The notes: generated by a model from the letters alone, not told the origin. DNA of 58,998 nucleotides from an uncultured Tepidisphaeraceae bacterium (GCA_964446155.1 CAYUNS010000001.1:1-58998), one strand, 5' to 3'; counted from the stretch's first letter, positions 27,601 through 36,217 are shown. Made by a program: numbers and translations.

Positions 27601-27911
27601 TCGTGCCCGCGGCGGGGAAACGCTCGTGGGAGGCGTCGGTTCCCTTCGCCGAGCTTCCTTCCCAATCCGGCGTCGTCATCGACACGATCAAGCCCGCGGA
27701 AGACGGGGACGGGCTGATTCTTCGCATCTACGAATCGCGCGGTGGGCGAACTTCGTTCACGATGAAGCTCCATCCCTCGATCGTCTCGATCGAGCAGGTG
27801 AACCTGCTGGAGCGGCAGGCGCGGAGCGTCGCGTTCGACGCCCGATCGCATTCGCTGGAACTGTCGCTGCGCGCGTTTGAAATCCGCACGCTGCGCCTGC
27901 GGTTGAAGTGA
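24657..27911 (+). CDS. glycoside hydrolase family 38 alpha-mannosidase (no signal peptide, cytoplasmic type)
   Basis: CIGNAHIDLAWLWPIRETKRKASRTF, GGSTWVEPDCNIPSGESLVRQ, YLWQPDVFGYS, LNQFHDILPGSSI. ATG 24657 overlaps the hldD stop (ATGA), but its first 42 codons look non-protein-like. GTG 24783 (GGAG 5 nt upstream) is an equally likely start. Confidence 0.85.
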   Translation: MIAHLSRIGESHRGRWGCRFRHGSKAAFSWPAHQTITNNGVIVEREAPVYDPNLTHLRAARLLEEVIRPSVYSDRRPLEVAVFQCSDPISYDEAIGREYKPVDLGFCWGPVWSTAWFRLRGRVPVEFGEEFRLLFDTRTEALCWWDGAPYQGVELHRQDVKLPSVVRAGDTIEVFIEAACNHMLGVGREYGDFARMGELSSTQSGTLTLAHVARHHPARAALLVEFELLLDLARDLPPDSPRARHVNEALRDAVASLRFDRIDETLPAVRARIAEALTTPNAGDATDAYCIGNAHIDLAWLWPIRETKRKASRTFSTVLRYMERHPEYCFLQSQAQLYEWVREKYPALFEQIRERVREGRWEAGGSTWVEPDCNIPSGESLVRQLLLGARYFQEHFGVRQSYLWQPDVFGYSAALPQILKLAELDVFFSQKISWNQYNKFPHHSFRWAGIDGTEVVSHFFPADTYIGTNLPTELRHGQKNYQQSARAPLWLQAYGWGDGGGGPTEAMIERVALQRDCAGVPRARHGRADQFARKLLEHADALPRWVGELYLELHRGTYTTHALVKKRNRLGERALQDLEIVQSLSIVNGGTRADEQRKETDRLWKLLLLNQFHDILPGSSIGWVYKDAHEDYGQVLGGARKMLEETLGAGAPDAGGELIVLNTSGRARGETITLPSGVNPRALRVSDSESIPTQEVTTLTGGRERIAFLPALPPLATIVVRAADEQPGEASTLAVGDLWIENEHLRAELDPSGRVVSLFDKRTGREAIQPGRPANQFVLYEDYPSNHDAWDVDLGYRDKPESVDSPAEHRIVERGPVRAAIEFARDLGRGSRLVQHVRLCGAGRFIEFVTRVTWKESHRFLRVLHPVDVHGDHATYEIQFGHLRRPNHFNTSWDYGRFEVPAQRWMDYSETDFGVTMINDCKYGHSCLGDVMGLSLLRSTKSPDPDADMGEHEFRYALMPHAAFDPSEAIAAAESFNQPPVVVPAAGKRSWEASVPFAELPSQSGVVIDTIKPAEDGDGLILRIYESRGGRTSFTMKLHPSIVSIEQVNLLERQARSVAFDARSHSLELSLRAFEIRTLRLRLK

Positions 27912-27959
27912 CGGGCTGCGGAGGAAGCGGCTCCGGGCGTGGTCACGCGATGAGACGGC

Positions 27960-29264
27960 TCATTCGGCCGGCGCCGTCGTCGCGGGGGCGTCGGAGTGGG
28001 AGACAGTGACGGGGTCGCCGTTGGCGAGGCGCTCGTTGCCGGTGACGATCACTTCCCGCGCGTCGAGTCCGTTGATAATGGCGACGTGGCCGTCGCGTCG
28101 AACACCCTGGCGGATGAGGTGCTCACGGGCTTTGCCGTCCTCGACGCTGAAGACGCGATCGGTTCCCGCGAAGCTGACGATCGCCCCGCTCGGGACGAAC
28201 GGAACTTGCGGATCCTCGCCATGGACAACCCCGCCGCGCGCGAAAGCGCCCGGGCGGAGGAGGCGTTGCGGGTTGGGGACGATCGCCTCGATTTCAAAGG
28301 TGCGGCTCGCCGGATCAATGGCCGGATTGATGCGGCTGATCGTGCCGTTGAAGGCCTGCGGGTATCCCTCGACGCGAATGTGCGCGGTCTGCCCGGTGGC
28401 GAGGGAAGCGATGAACCGTTCGGGGACGGCGGCGCGGAACTTGATGGGATCGTCGGCGACGACGTTCATCATCGGGGCGCCTTCGCTGACATATTCACCG
28501 ACGGAGACCCGCCGCTGGGTGATCGCGAGCGGCTTGAGGGAGGAGGTCGTCGCCTGCGTGGCCGGCGGGTTGGTGGCGATCGAGTAATAGCTGGGGGCGC
28601 GGATGATGGTGTCGGCCAGGCGCTGTTGGGCGGCATCCAACTCGGATTGCCGGGTGCGGACGAGGGCGAGTTGGGACTGCGCCTCGAGTTGTGCGACGTC
28701 GTAGTCGCGCTTGGCGACTTCAAAGGCGGTTTCGAGATCGGCGTAATCCTGCTCACTGATGAGCGGCGGATCCTGGGTGAACAATTGCCTGGCGCGCTCG
28801 AAGCGGGCGCCGGCATTGGCGGCCTGGAACTTGGCGCGCTCGACGGTGGCGATGGCGAGAAGGTCGAAATCGTCGGGAGGAGGCTGGGACAAGCCGAGCG
28901 CCGCGAGCGCTTCCCGCGTGGCCATGGTGCGTTGATCGACGGCGAGCTGGTAATCGGTGGGATCGATTTCGACGAGGGGTTGCCCGGGATCGACGCGATC
29001 GCCCACATCGACGAGGACCCGCATGATTCGGCCGGGGACTTTGGCGCTGAGGGTCGCCTCCTCATCGCCGTGAAGGGAGCCGACGACCTCGACGATGCGT
29101 TCGACGGATTCGGTCCGCACGGCGGTGAGAGTGACGGGGACAGGCTCACGGGAGGGAGGTTGCCCGCCGCCGCCGATGGCTTTGTCTTCATCGCAGCCGG
29201 CGAGGGAGATCGCGGCGGCGAGGAAGGCGGCGAGAGTGATCCGGTGGGCGATCGAATGGGGCAT
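27960..29264 (-). CDS. efflux RND transporter periplasmic adaptor (membrane fusion protein), lipoprotein
   Basis: Lipobox AISLAGC. Motifs LSAKVPGRIMRVLVDVGDRVDPGQPLVEIDPTDYQLAV, a coiled-coil hairpin region, and VFSVEDGKAREHLI. Confidence 0.85.
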   Translation of the reverse strand: MPHSIAHRITLAAFLAAAISLAGCDEDKAIGGGGQPPSREPVPVTLTAVRTESVERIVEVVGSLHGDEEATLSAKVPGRIMRVLVDVGDRVDPGQPLVEIDPTDYQLAVDQRTMATREALAALGLSQPPPDDFDLLAIATVERAKFQAANAGARFERARQLFTQDPPLISEQDYADLETAFEVAKRDYDVAQLEAQSQLALVRTRQSELDAAQQRLADTIIRAPSYYSIATNPPATQATTSSLKPLAITQRRVSVGEYVSEGAPMMNVVADDPIKFRAAVPERFIASLATGQTAHIRVEGYPQAFNGTISRINPAIDPASRTFEIEAIVPNPQRLLRPGAFARGGVVHGEDPQVPFVPSGAIVSFAGTDRVFSVEDGKAREHLIRQGVRRDGHVAIINGLDAREVIVTGNERLANGDPVTVSHSDAPATTAPAE

Positions 29265-29399
29265 GAACGTCTCCGCGAATGGTTTGACCGGACGCCGGAC
29301 GGACTTACAATGCGTCCTTCAATACTGACGGGTCGGTTTTTGCGAACTCCGCCCCGATGGTAAATCCCTTTTGTCCCCAGGGCAAGCGAAAGACCGGGC

Positions 29400-29975
29400 A
29401 TGCAGCGTCCTGATGAAGCAAAACGACTGGCGATCATGGCGTCCGCGGCGGCGTTGTTCGCGACCCGTCCGTTTCACGAGGTGCGGCTGGACGACATCGC
29501 CGAGGCCGCGAGCGTCGGCAAGGGGACGCTGTATATCTATTTCAAGAGCAAGGACGAGTTGTACGGCCGGCTGGTGCTTGAAGGATTGACACAGGTGGTG
29601 AATCGCCTGAAAAAGTGGGTGGAGGCGGATTCGATGGATGCGTGGGAGACGCTGACGGCGATCGTGCGGGAACTGGTCTGTTGGGCGAAGCGATCGCCGC
29701 ATTTTTTCCAGCTTACCCGCCCCGGTGAGCCGCACACCCCCATCGCGGGGCTGCGCGAGAAGCGGCAGGAGCTGGCGAAGCTGATCGAAAAGACGATCGT
29801 GCGCGGTGTGCGCGCGGGGGTCATGGTCGATCCGAGACCGGACCTCACCGCGCAGTTTCTGCCCTCCTGCATCCGGGGCGCGCTGCGGTTCGCCCCGACG
29901 GATGTCGGGCAGGAAGCATTGACGAATCACATCCTCCGGATTTTTTCCGGTGGAATCCTGAGGAAGGACGCATGA
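29400..29975 (+). CDS. TetR/AcrR family transcriptional regulator
   Basis: AAALFATRPFHEVRLDDIAEAASVGKGTLYIYFKSKDELY is a TetR N-terminal HTH. Its stop overlaps the next start (ATGA at 29972). Confidence 0.85.
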   Translation: MQRPDEAKRLAIMASAAALFATRPFHEVRLDDIAEAASVGKGTLYIYFKSKDELYGRLVLEGLTQVVNRLKKWVEADSMDAWETLTAIVRELVCWAKRSPHFFQLTRPGEPHTPIAGLREKRQELAKLIEKTIVRGVRAGVMVDPRPDLTAQFLPSCIRGALRFAPTDVGQEALTNHILRIFSGGILRKDA

Positions 29976-31432
29976 GGCAATACAGGCGATGGACATCCTT
30001 CGCGGTGGTGACGCTGCTGTCGCTGCTGCCGGCGGGCGGATGCCGGGTGAATCATGACGAGGAGCGCGGGATTTATCGCGAGATCCTCGATCTGCCCGCT
30101 CATCGGCACGAGTCGGAGCAGTCGCTGTCGCTGCGGGATGCGTTGCTGCTGGCGAATCGCAACAACGAGGAATTGTCGATGCGGGGGGAGCAATATTTCC
30201 GCTCGTGGATCGCGCGCAGGCGGACGGTCGCCAATTTTCTGCCGACGGTGAACCTCGTCGCGTCGGCGGTGGAGCGGGATCGCGTCTCCTCGTCGAACGG
30301 GGACGGGGGATCATCCAATGACAGCACGTTCGACGTGTCGGGGCAACTCAACTGGAACCTGTTCAACGGCTTTCGGGACGTGAACCGCTATTGGCGGGAC
30401 ACTTATCTCATCGAGCAGAGCCGAAACGAATTGCTGTCCTTCCAGGAATCGCTGCTGCTGGACGTGGCGGCGACCTATTATCAGATTCTGCGGTCGGAAG
30501 CGTCGGTGCATGTGCTGGAGAACTCGCTGGCGGTGCAGGAGGAGCGGCTGCGCGACACGCAGGGCCGGTTGGACGCGGGGGTGGCGCGGCCGCTGGATCT
30601 GGCGCAGACCCAGGCGCAGGTGTCGGCGACGCGGACGATTCTGATCAACGCCCGTCGGGATGTGTCCAACGCGCGGGATGTCCTGGAGTTGCTGATCGCC
30701 TTCCCGGTGCATCAAGCGAGCCTGGTCGATGAATTTGAATTGCCCGCGCGGATTGGGGAGCTGGATGCGTATCTTGAGGCGGCGATGAATGCCCGGCACG
30801 ACCTGCAAGCGGGGGAGATGGCGATCCTTGCCGCGAGGCGGGAGGTGGAGGTCGCGATCGGGCAGTATTACCCGACGGTGGCGTTGAATCTCGAGGCGTT
30901 CGTGTATCGGGAGACGGTCCCGGATGAGCGGGACTGGACGGGGTTGCTGGTGGCGAACGTGCCGATCTTCGCGGCGGGGCGGATTCGCGCGGATGTGCGC
31001 GAGGCATGGAGCTTTTTTCGCGAGGCGCTGCTGGTGCGGTCGATCCTGTACCGGCAGGTGAGGCAGCAGGTGCGGCAGGCATACCATGACCTGGCGGCGA
31101 GCGAATCGCGGCTGTCGGAGTTGCAGGTGCAGCTTCGGGCCGCGGAGCAGGCGTCACGGCAGGCGGAGGCGTCTTACCGGGTCGGGCTGGCGACGAACCT
31201 GGAGCGGGTCGCGGCGCAGGATGCGCTGTTGTCGGCGCAGCTTCAACTCGCCAGCGAGGAATTTGACCGAAAGGTGCTGTATCTCATCCTGCTGAGGTCG
31301 TCGGGGCTGCTGCGGGAGGATCTGGAGGGGAAGAAGACCGAAGGGGTGTATCCGTCGATGGACGAAGGCTCGCCTTCGGATGGATCGATGCGGCTCAAGC
31401 CGGTGACGCAGCCGGCGGTGGAGCGGGAGTGA
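29972..31432 (+). CDS. TolC/NodT-family outer-membrane efflux protein (probable lipoprotein)
   Basis: Signal/lipobox LLPAGGC. There are two repeats of the outer-membrane efflux protein pattern (LSLRDALLLANRNNEEL..., LDLAQTQAQVSATR..., LEAAMNARHDLQAGE..., LERVAAQDALLSAQLQL). Confidence 0.8.
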   Translation: MRQYRRWTSFAVVTLLSLLPAGGCRVNHDEERGIYREILDLPAHRHESEQSLSLRDALLLANRNNEELSMRGEQYFRSWIARRRTVANFLPTVNLVASAVERDRVSSSNGDGGSSNDSTFDVSGQLNWNLFNGFRDVNRYWRDTYLIEQSRNELLSFQESLLLDVAATYYQILRSEASVHVLENSLAVQEERLRDTQGRLDAGVARPLDLAQTQAQVSATRTILINARRDVSNARDVLELLIAFPVHQASLVDEFELPARIGELDAYLEAAMNARHDLQAGEMAILAARREVEVAIGQYYPTVALNLEAFVYRETVPDERDWTGLLVANVPIFAAGRIRADVREAWSFFREALLVRSILYRQVRQQVRQAYHDLAASESRLSELQVQLRAAEQASRQAEASYRVGLATNLERVAAQDALLSAQLQLASEEFDRKVLYLILLRSSGLLREDLEGKKTEGVYPSMDEGSPSDGSMRLKPVTQPAVERE

Positions 31433-31499
31433 ATCGGGGTGCAACATCGAACCGCCTGACGGATAACATTATTTGTCCCGCGCGTTCTCCAGGAGACGC

Positions 31500-34400
31500 A
31501 TGCAGAAGTTCATCAACACATTCATCACCCGGCCGGTCTTTGCGAGCATGATCATTCTCGGGCTGGTCGTCGTGGGATCGGCGGCGTATACCGGCCTGGG
31601 CGTGGACCGCTTCCCCTCGGTCGATCTGCCGACGATCTCGGTACGCACCAGCCTGCCGGGCGCATCTCCGGAGGAGGTGGAATCCGAGTTGATCGAGCCG
31701 ATCGAGGAGGTCGTCAACACGGTTGCGGGGATCGACGAGCTGCGCGCGATCGCGGGCAACGGCACCGCGGTCATCATCGCGACGTTCGATCTCAATCGCG
31801 ACATCGAGATCGCCGCGCAGGATGTGCGGGACAAGGTTTCGACCGTCATCCGCCGGTTGCCTGATGACGCGGACGTGCCCACCGTCAGCAAGTTCGACAA
31901 CGACTCGAGGCCGGTGATCACGTTCGCGCTCTCGGGCGATCGCTCGCTGCGCGAGCTGTCGGAGATCGCGGACAAGATCGTGAAGGTGCAGCTCGAGCGC
32001 GCCGCGGGCGTGGGCGAGGTGGACATCAACGGCGAGGCCGAGCGGACGATCAACATCGACGTGGACGCCGACCGCCTGGCGGCGTATGGGCTGCCGATCA
32101 CGGCGGTGCGCGACGCGGTCGAGCGGCAGAACACGGAGATTCCCGGGGGGAACATCACCGGGGCGTCGCGCGAGCAGACGCTTCGGACGCTGGGCCGGCT
32201 GACGTCGGCCGAGCAGTTCGCGGACATCGTGATCAGCTACGTCAACGGCGCTCCGATCCGGCTGCGCGACGTGGCGAGGGTCGAGGACGGAGTGGCGGAG
32301 CGTCGCTCCATCTCGCGGTTGAACGGCCGGACGGCGGTCTCGCTCAACGTCCGCAGGCAAAGCGGCGCGAACACGATCGAGGTGATCGAATCGGTCAAGG
32401 AGAACGCCGCACTGGCCAGGGCGCAACTGCCTTCGGGCGTCGAGCTGGAGATCATCCAGGACCAGTCCAATTACATTTACACGGCGCTGCACGAGATCAA
32501 CCTGCACCTGGTGCTGGGATCGATCCTCGCCTGCACGGTGGTGTTCGCGTTCACGCGAAGCTGGCGGAGCACGGTCATCGCGGGGGTGGCGATCCCGGCG
32601 TCGGTGATCAGCACCTTCGCGATGATGTGGGTACTCGATTTCACGCTGAACAGCGTGACCATGCTGGCGCTGGTGCTGATGGTGGGGGTGGTGATCGACG
32701 ACGCGATCGTGGTGCTCGAGAACATCTTCCGGTTCGTCGAGGAAAAGAAGATGCCTCCGATGGAGGCCGCGAGGCAGGGGGCGGCGGAGATCGCGCTGGC
32801 GGTGCTGGCGACGACGCTGTCACTGGCGGTGATTTTCGTGCCGGTGTCGTTCATGAGTTCGATCAGCGGGCGGTTCCTGTACCAGTTCGGGATCACGGCG
32901 GCGGTGGCGGTGATGGTCAGCCTGCTGGTGAGCTTCGTTCTCACACCGACGCTCTCGGCGAGGATGCTGGGCGCCGAAGCCGTGAAGGCGGCCCAGGCGC
33001 ATCAGGGCGCGGGCAGTCGCGGGGGATTTTATTATTACATCGACCTCGTTTACACGGCGTTGCTCAAGCTGGTGATGCGGTTCCGCTGGATCACCGCCGG
33101 GGTGGCGCTGCTGGTCATGCTCAGCGCGATTCCGCTGTTCTCGCTCGTGCAGCAGGGATATTTGCCGCAAGGCGCGGACGAGGCGGAGTTTCGCGTCGAT
33201 ATCGAAGGCCCGCAGGGGATGAGCTTCGGCGCGATCGACGAGGCGATGCGCTCCATCGAGGCGGACCTGATGGAGATTCCGGAGGTGCGTCTGATTCTCG
33301 CCGAGGCCGGCGGGGGCTGGATCGGCGGGGTGAACAGGGGGGATGTCCACGTCGCCATCGCGCCGCACTCGGAGCGCTACTGGACATTCACGCGCATCAT
33401 CAAGGGGATCGCAAGCGGCGATCCGCTGGCGGCGTTCCGGGGGAACTACACGCAGAACGAGGTGATGGACAAGGTCCGCCGGGAGATCGGCGCGAAATAT
33501 GCGCGGCAAGGGTTGAGCGTGCGGGTGCGCGAGTACGGGGGCTTCAACATTGGCGGGGGGAACTTCGACATCGACTTCTCCATTTCCGGGCCGAGCCTTG
33601 AAAAGCTGTCGGAGTATTCGCGGGCGCTCGCGGCGCGCGCCGAGGCGATCGGGGGCATCATCAACATCAACACGACGCTCGAGCTGGAGAAGCCCGAACT
33701 GCGGGTGAGCATCGATCGCGAGCGCGCCGCCGACCTGGGCATCAGCAGTCGGGACATCGGCACGGCGCTGCGGCTGATGGTCGGCGGGGACCAGGAGATC
33801 AGCCGGTTCCGCGATCCGGCGACGAATGAGAATTACGACGTGCGATTGCGTCTTCAGGAGACGTATCGCAACAATCCCGACAACATTCCCAATCTGCTGC
33901 TGACCGGGGAAAGCGGGAGGCTGATCGAGTTGACGAACTTCGCGTCGATTGAACAGGCGGTCAGCGCGGCGAGGATCGACCGCCTCGATCGCGGCCGGGA
34001 CGCGCGCGTCCGCGCCACGGTCGCGACGGGCTTCGCGATGGCGGAGCGAACCCAGGCGCTGCTGGAGGAAGCGAACCGGATGGGGATGGATCCGGGCTAC
34101 ACCGTGAGCGTGCGCGGCAAGGGGCGCGAGTTCGAGCGCACGTTCAACGAGTTCATCTTCGCGTTCGCGCTGTCGGTCGTCTTCATGTACATGATTCTCG
34201 CCAGCCAGTACGAGCATCTCGTGCATCCGGTGACGATCCTGATCTCGCTGCCGCTGGCGGTGCCGTTCGCGCTGTTGTCGCTGCTGATGTTCGGGGAGCA
34301 GCTCAACCTCTATTCGGCGCTGGGGATCCTGGTGTTGTTCGGCGTGGTGAAGAAGAACTCGATTTTACAGATCGATCACATGAATCACCTGCGGCGGGAC

Positions 34401-34727
34401 TATGGGCTGCCCCGCTACGAGGCGGTGATCCAGGGGAACCGCGATCGCCTGCGTCCGATCCTGATGACGACGTTGTCGCTGGTCGCGGGGATGCTGCCCT
34501 TGTGGCTGGGGACCGGTCCGGGGGCGGAAGAGCGCCGCGCGGTGGCGGTGGTGGTCATCGGGGGGCAGTCCATGTCGTTGATGCTGACGCTGCTGGTGAC
34601 ACCGGTGATGTACACGCTGCTGGACGACCTGGGGCTGTTCATCCGCCACCGACGGCTGCGCGGAGAAGCGCCGGCGCCACCATCGGCGCCGGCGCACGAG
34701 CATGAACTGGAAGCGGTGGGGAAGTGA
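31500..34727 (+). CDS. RND efflux pump, AcrB/AcrD/AcrF (HAE1-like) inner-membrane subunit
   Basis: ORF 31473..34727, ATG 31500 with AGGAG upstream. MQKFINTFITRPVFASMIILGLVVVG, VGVVIDDAIVVLENIF, about 12 TM segments and two large periplasmic loops. Confidence 0.9.
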   Translation: MQKFINTFITRPVFASMIILGLVVVGSAAYTGLGVDRFPSVDLPTISVRTSLPGASPEEVESELIEPIEEVVNTVAGIDELRAIAGNGTAVIIATFDLNRDIEIAAQDVRDKVSTVIRRLPDDADVPTVSKFDNDSRPVITFALSGDRSLRELSEIADKIVKVQLERAAGVGEVDINGEAERTINIDVDADRLAAYGLPITAVRDAVERQNTEIPGGNITGASREQTLRTLGRLTSAEQFADIVISYVNGAPIRLRDVARVEDGVAERRSISRLNGRTAVSLNVRRQSGANTIEVIESVKENAALARAQLPSGVELEIIQDQSNYIYTALHEINLHLVLGSILACTVVFAFTRSWRSTVIAGVAIPASVISTFAMMWVLDFTLNSVTMLALVLMVGVVIDDAIVVLENIFRFVEEKKMPPMEAARQGAAEIALAVLATTLSLAVIFVPVSFMSSISGRFLYQFGITAAVAVMVSLLVSFVLTPTLSARMLGAEAVKAAQAHQGAGSRGGFYYYIDLVYTALLKLVMRFRWITAGVALLVMLSAIPLFSLVQQGYLPQGADEAEFRVDIEGPQGMSFGAIDEAMRSIEADLMEIPEVRLILAEAGGGWIGGVNRGDVHVAIAPHSERYWTFTRIIKGIASGDPLAAFRGNYTQNEVMDKVRREIGAKYARQGLSVRVREYGGFNIGGGNFDIDFSISGPSLEKLSEYSRALAARAEAIGGIININTTLELEKPELRVSIDRERAADLGISSRDIGTALRLMVGGDQEISRFRDPATNENYDVRLRLQETYRNNPDNIPNLLLTGESGRLIELTNFASIEQAVSAARIDRLDRGRDARVRATVATGFAMAERTQALLEEANRMGMDPGYTVSVRGKGREFERTFNEFIFAFALSVVFMYMILASQYEHLVHPVTILISLPLAVPFALLSLLMFGEQLNLYSALGILVLFGVVKKNSILQIDHMNHLRRDYGLPRYEAVIQGNRDRLRPILMTTLSLVAGMLPLWLGTGPGAEERRAVAVVVIGGQSMSLMLTLLVTPVMYTLLDDLGLFIRHRRLRGEAPAPPSAPAHEHELEAVGK

Positions 34728-34748
34728 CGCGGGACGGTGGAAGGGAAA

Positions 34749-35789
34749 TCACGGGCTTCGCCCTTCCGGCGTGAGGTAGAGGTCGAGTTTTTCCGTCTTG
34801 CGGATGAGGGTGAGCTTCGTCACCTGGCCGATGCGCTCGCCGGTCAGTTCGCGGAGAAGATCGTCGATGGTGGCGACGGGGTGGTCGTTGATGGCGACGA
34901 TGACGTCGTTCTCCCGGATGCCGGCGCGGGCGGCGGGGCCGGTGGGCTCGAGGGTGAGGACCATCATGCCGCTGTCCACATCGAGGTTGAAGAACCGCAC
35001 GATGCGGCGATGCAGCGGGACGTTCTGCCCGCCGACGCCGATGTAGCTGCGTTCGATTTTCCCGTCACGGATGAGTTTCGCGGCGACGTGCTTGGCGGTG
35101 TTGATGGGGATGGCGAAGCAGAGTCCCTGCGCGGGAAGGATGACGGCGGTGTTGACGCCGATGACCTTGCCGCGGCTGTTGACGAGCGGTCCGCCGGAGT
35201 TGCCGGGGTTGAGGGCGGCATCCGTTTGGATGATATTGTCGATCAATCGCCCGGACCCGGCACGGAATGACCTGGCCAGCGCGCTGACCACGCCGGCGGT
35301 GACGGTGGCCTGGAAGCCATAGGGGTTGCCGATGGCGATGCAGAGCTGGCCGACCTGGATCGAGTCGGAATCGCCCAACTCGGCAAAAGCGAGTTGAGGC
35401 GCATCAATGCGGATGACGGCCAGATCGGTGTCGGGATCATCCCCGATCAGTCTCGCGGGGATGGTTCGTCCATCGGAGAGCATGACCGTAATGTCGGTCG
35501 CGCCGTGGACGACGTGGCTGTTGGTGAGGATGAAGCCGTCGGGGGTGAAGATGAAGCCCGAGCCGCTGCCGCGTCCGTCGCCGCGTGCCGGTCGCCCATG
35601 TGACGCCGGATTGACCGGATGGCGCACTTCGATGAAAACGACGCTGTCGCCCATGCGTTTGGCCGCGCCGGAAACGGCGCGGGAGTAAGCATCCATCAAT
35701 TCGTCATTGTCCGGTGGGACGATGGACGGGGTGACGGATGGTGCGGTCGATGGGTTCGAAGTTGAGATCAGTTCATGAAATCGATTCAT
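34749..35789 (-). CDS. HtrA/DegP-family S1C serine protease with one PDZ domain
   Basis: Catalytic triad contexts TNSHVVHGA, DTDLAVIRI and GNSGGPLVN. C-terminal PDZ (GMMVLTLEPTGPAARAGIRENDVIVAINDHPV). I see no N-terminal hydrophobic segment. Confidence 0.85.
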   Translation of the reverse strand: MNRFHELISTSNPSTAPSVTPSIVPPDNDELMDAYSRAVSGAAKRMGDSVVFIEVRHPVNPASHGRPARGDGRGSGSGFIFTPDGFILTNSHVVHGATDITVMLSDGRTIPARLIGDDPDTDLAVIRIDAPQLAFAELGDSDSIQVGQLCIAIGNPYGFQATVTAGVVSALARSFRAGSGRLIDNIIQTDAALNPGNSGGPLVNSRGKVIGVNTAVILPAQGLCFAIPINTAKHVAAKLIRDGKIERSYIGVGGQNVPLHRRIVRFFNLDVDSGMMVLTLEPTGPAARAGIRENDVIVAINDHPVATIDDLLRELTGERIGQVTKLTLIRKTEKLDLYLTPEGRSP

Positions 35790-35858
35790 CGCGGTCCTTT
35801 CGATGGTTGTTTCAACGACCAATGGTAGGCGCGCTGGTCAGGAAAGTGTGGAGCAGGC

Positions 35859-36128
35859 ATGTGGTGGGTTATCGGGATTTATGGGCTGATGAGCGTGGTG
35901 GCGTTCAATGCCTATGCCATTGACAAGACGCGGGCCCGCCGGGGGCGGTGGCGGATCAGGGAAAGCACGCTGCATCTGCTGGCGCTATTCGGTGGATTCA
36001 TTGGGTCGCTGGCGGGGCAGCGCGTGTTCCGTCACAAATACCGCAAGACGGGATTCGTGGCGTTGACGTGGGGGATCGGGATGTTGCACGTCGTTTTCTG
36101 GGTCTGGATCGCGTTGCGAACGTCATGA
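35859..36128 (+). CDS. DUF1294 family small membrane protein
   Basis: The 89-aa sequence YAIDKTRARRGRWRIRESTLHLLALFGGFIGSLAGQRVFRHKYRKTGF matches the DUF1294 signature (DK..A......RI.E..L......GG..G......HKT.K). Confidence 0.7.
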   Translation: MWWVIGIYGLMSVVAFNAYAIDKTRARRGRWRIRESTLHLLALFGGFIGSLAGQRVFRHKYRKTGFVALTWGIGMLHVVFWVWIALRTS

Positions 36129-36134
36129 ATGGGT

Positions 36135-36217
36135 CCACGAATGAACACGAATGTTCACGAATCATGAAGATGGAGGAATGGTTCTCCCACTTCGTGAAGG
36201 TTCGTGTCCATTCGTGG
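36135..36217. repeat. 27-nt imperfect inverted repeat built from three 10-bp-phased CACGAA units on each arm
   Basis: Arm 1 is CCACGAATGAACACGAATGTTCACGAA (36135-36161). Arm 2 is TTCGTGAAGGTTCGTGTCCATTCGTGG (36191-36217). 24 of 27 positions are complementary. It lies in the 120-bp spacer between the convergent DUF1294 and HNH genes and could act as a bidirectional terminator. Confidence 0.7.

Noticed and set aside
23671-27851. Minus-strand ORFs 23671..24654, 24630..25652 and 25752..27851 (up to 699 aa)
   Set aside because: Antisense shadows of hldD and the GH38 gene. They are Arg/Pro/Gly-rich with no motifs.
27996-31087. ORFs 27996..29363(+), 28469..29437(-), 29319..30314(-) and 30311..31087(-)
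   Set aside because: Shadows or alternative frames of the adaptor, TetR and TolC-like genes.
31395-34226. Minus-strand ORFs 31395..32507 and 32820..34226, and plus-strand ORF 32627..33601
   Set aside because: Shadows of the RND pump gene, which has unmistakable AcrB-family sequence.
27960-34727. RND/TetR locus as a candidate novel system
   Set aside because: All four components are textbook families. Only the gene arrangement is slightly unusual, so I report it as a low-interest finding.
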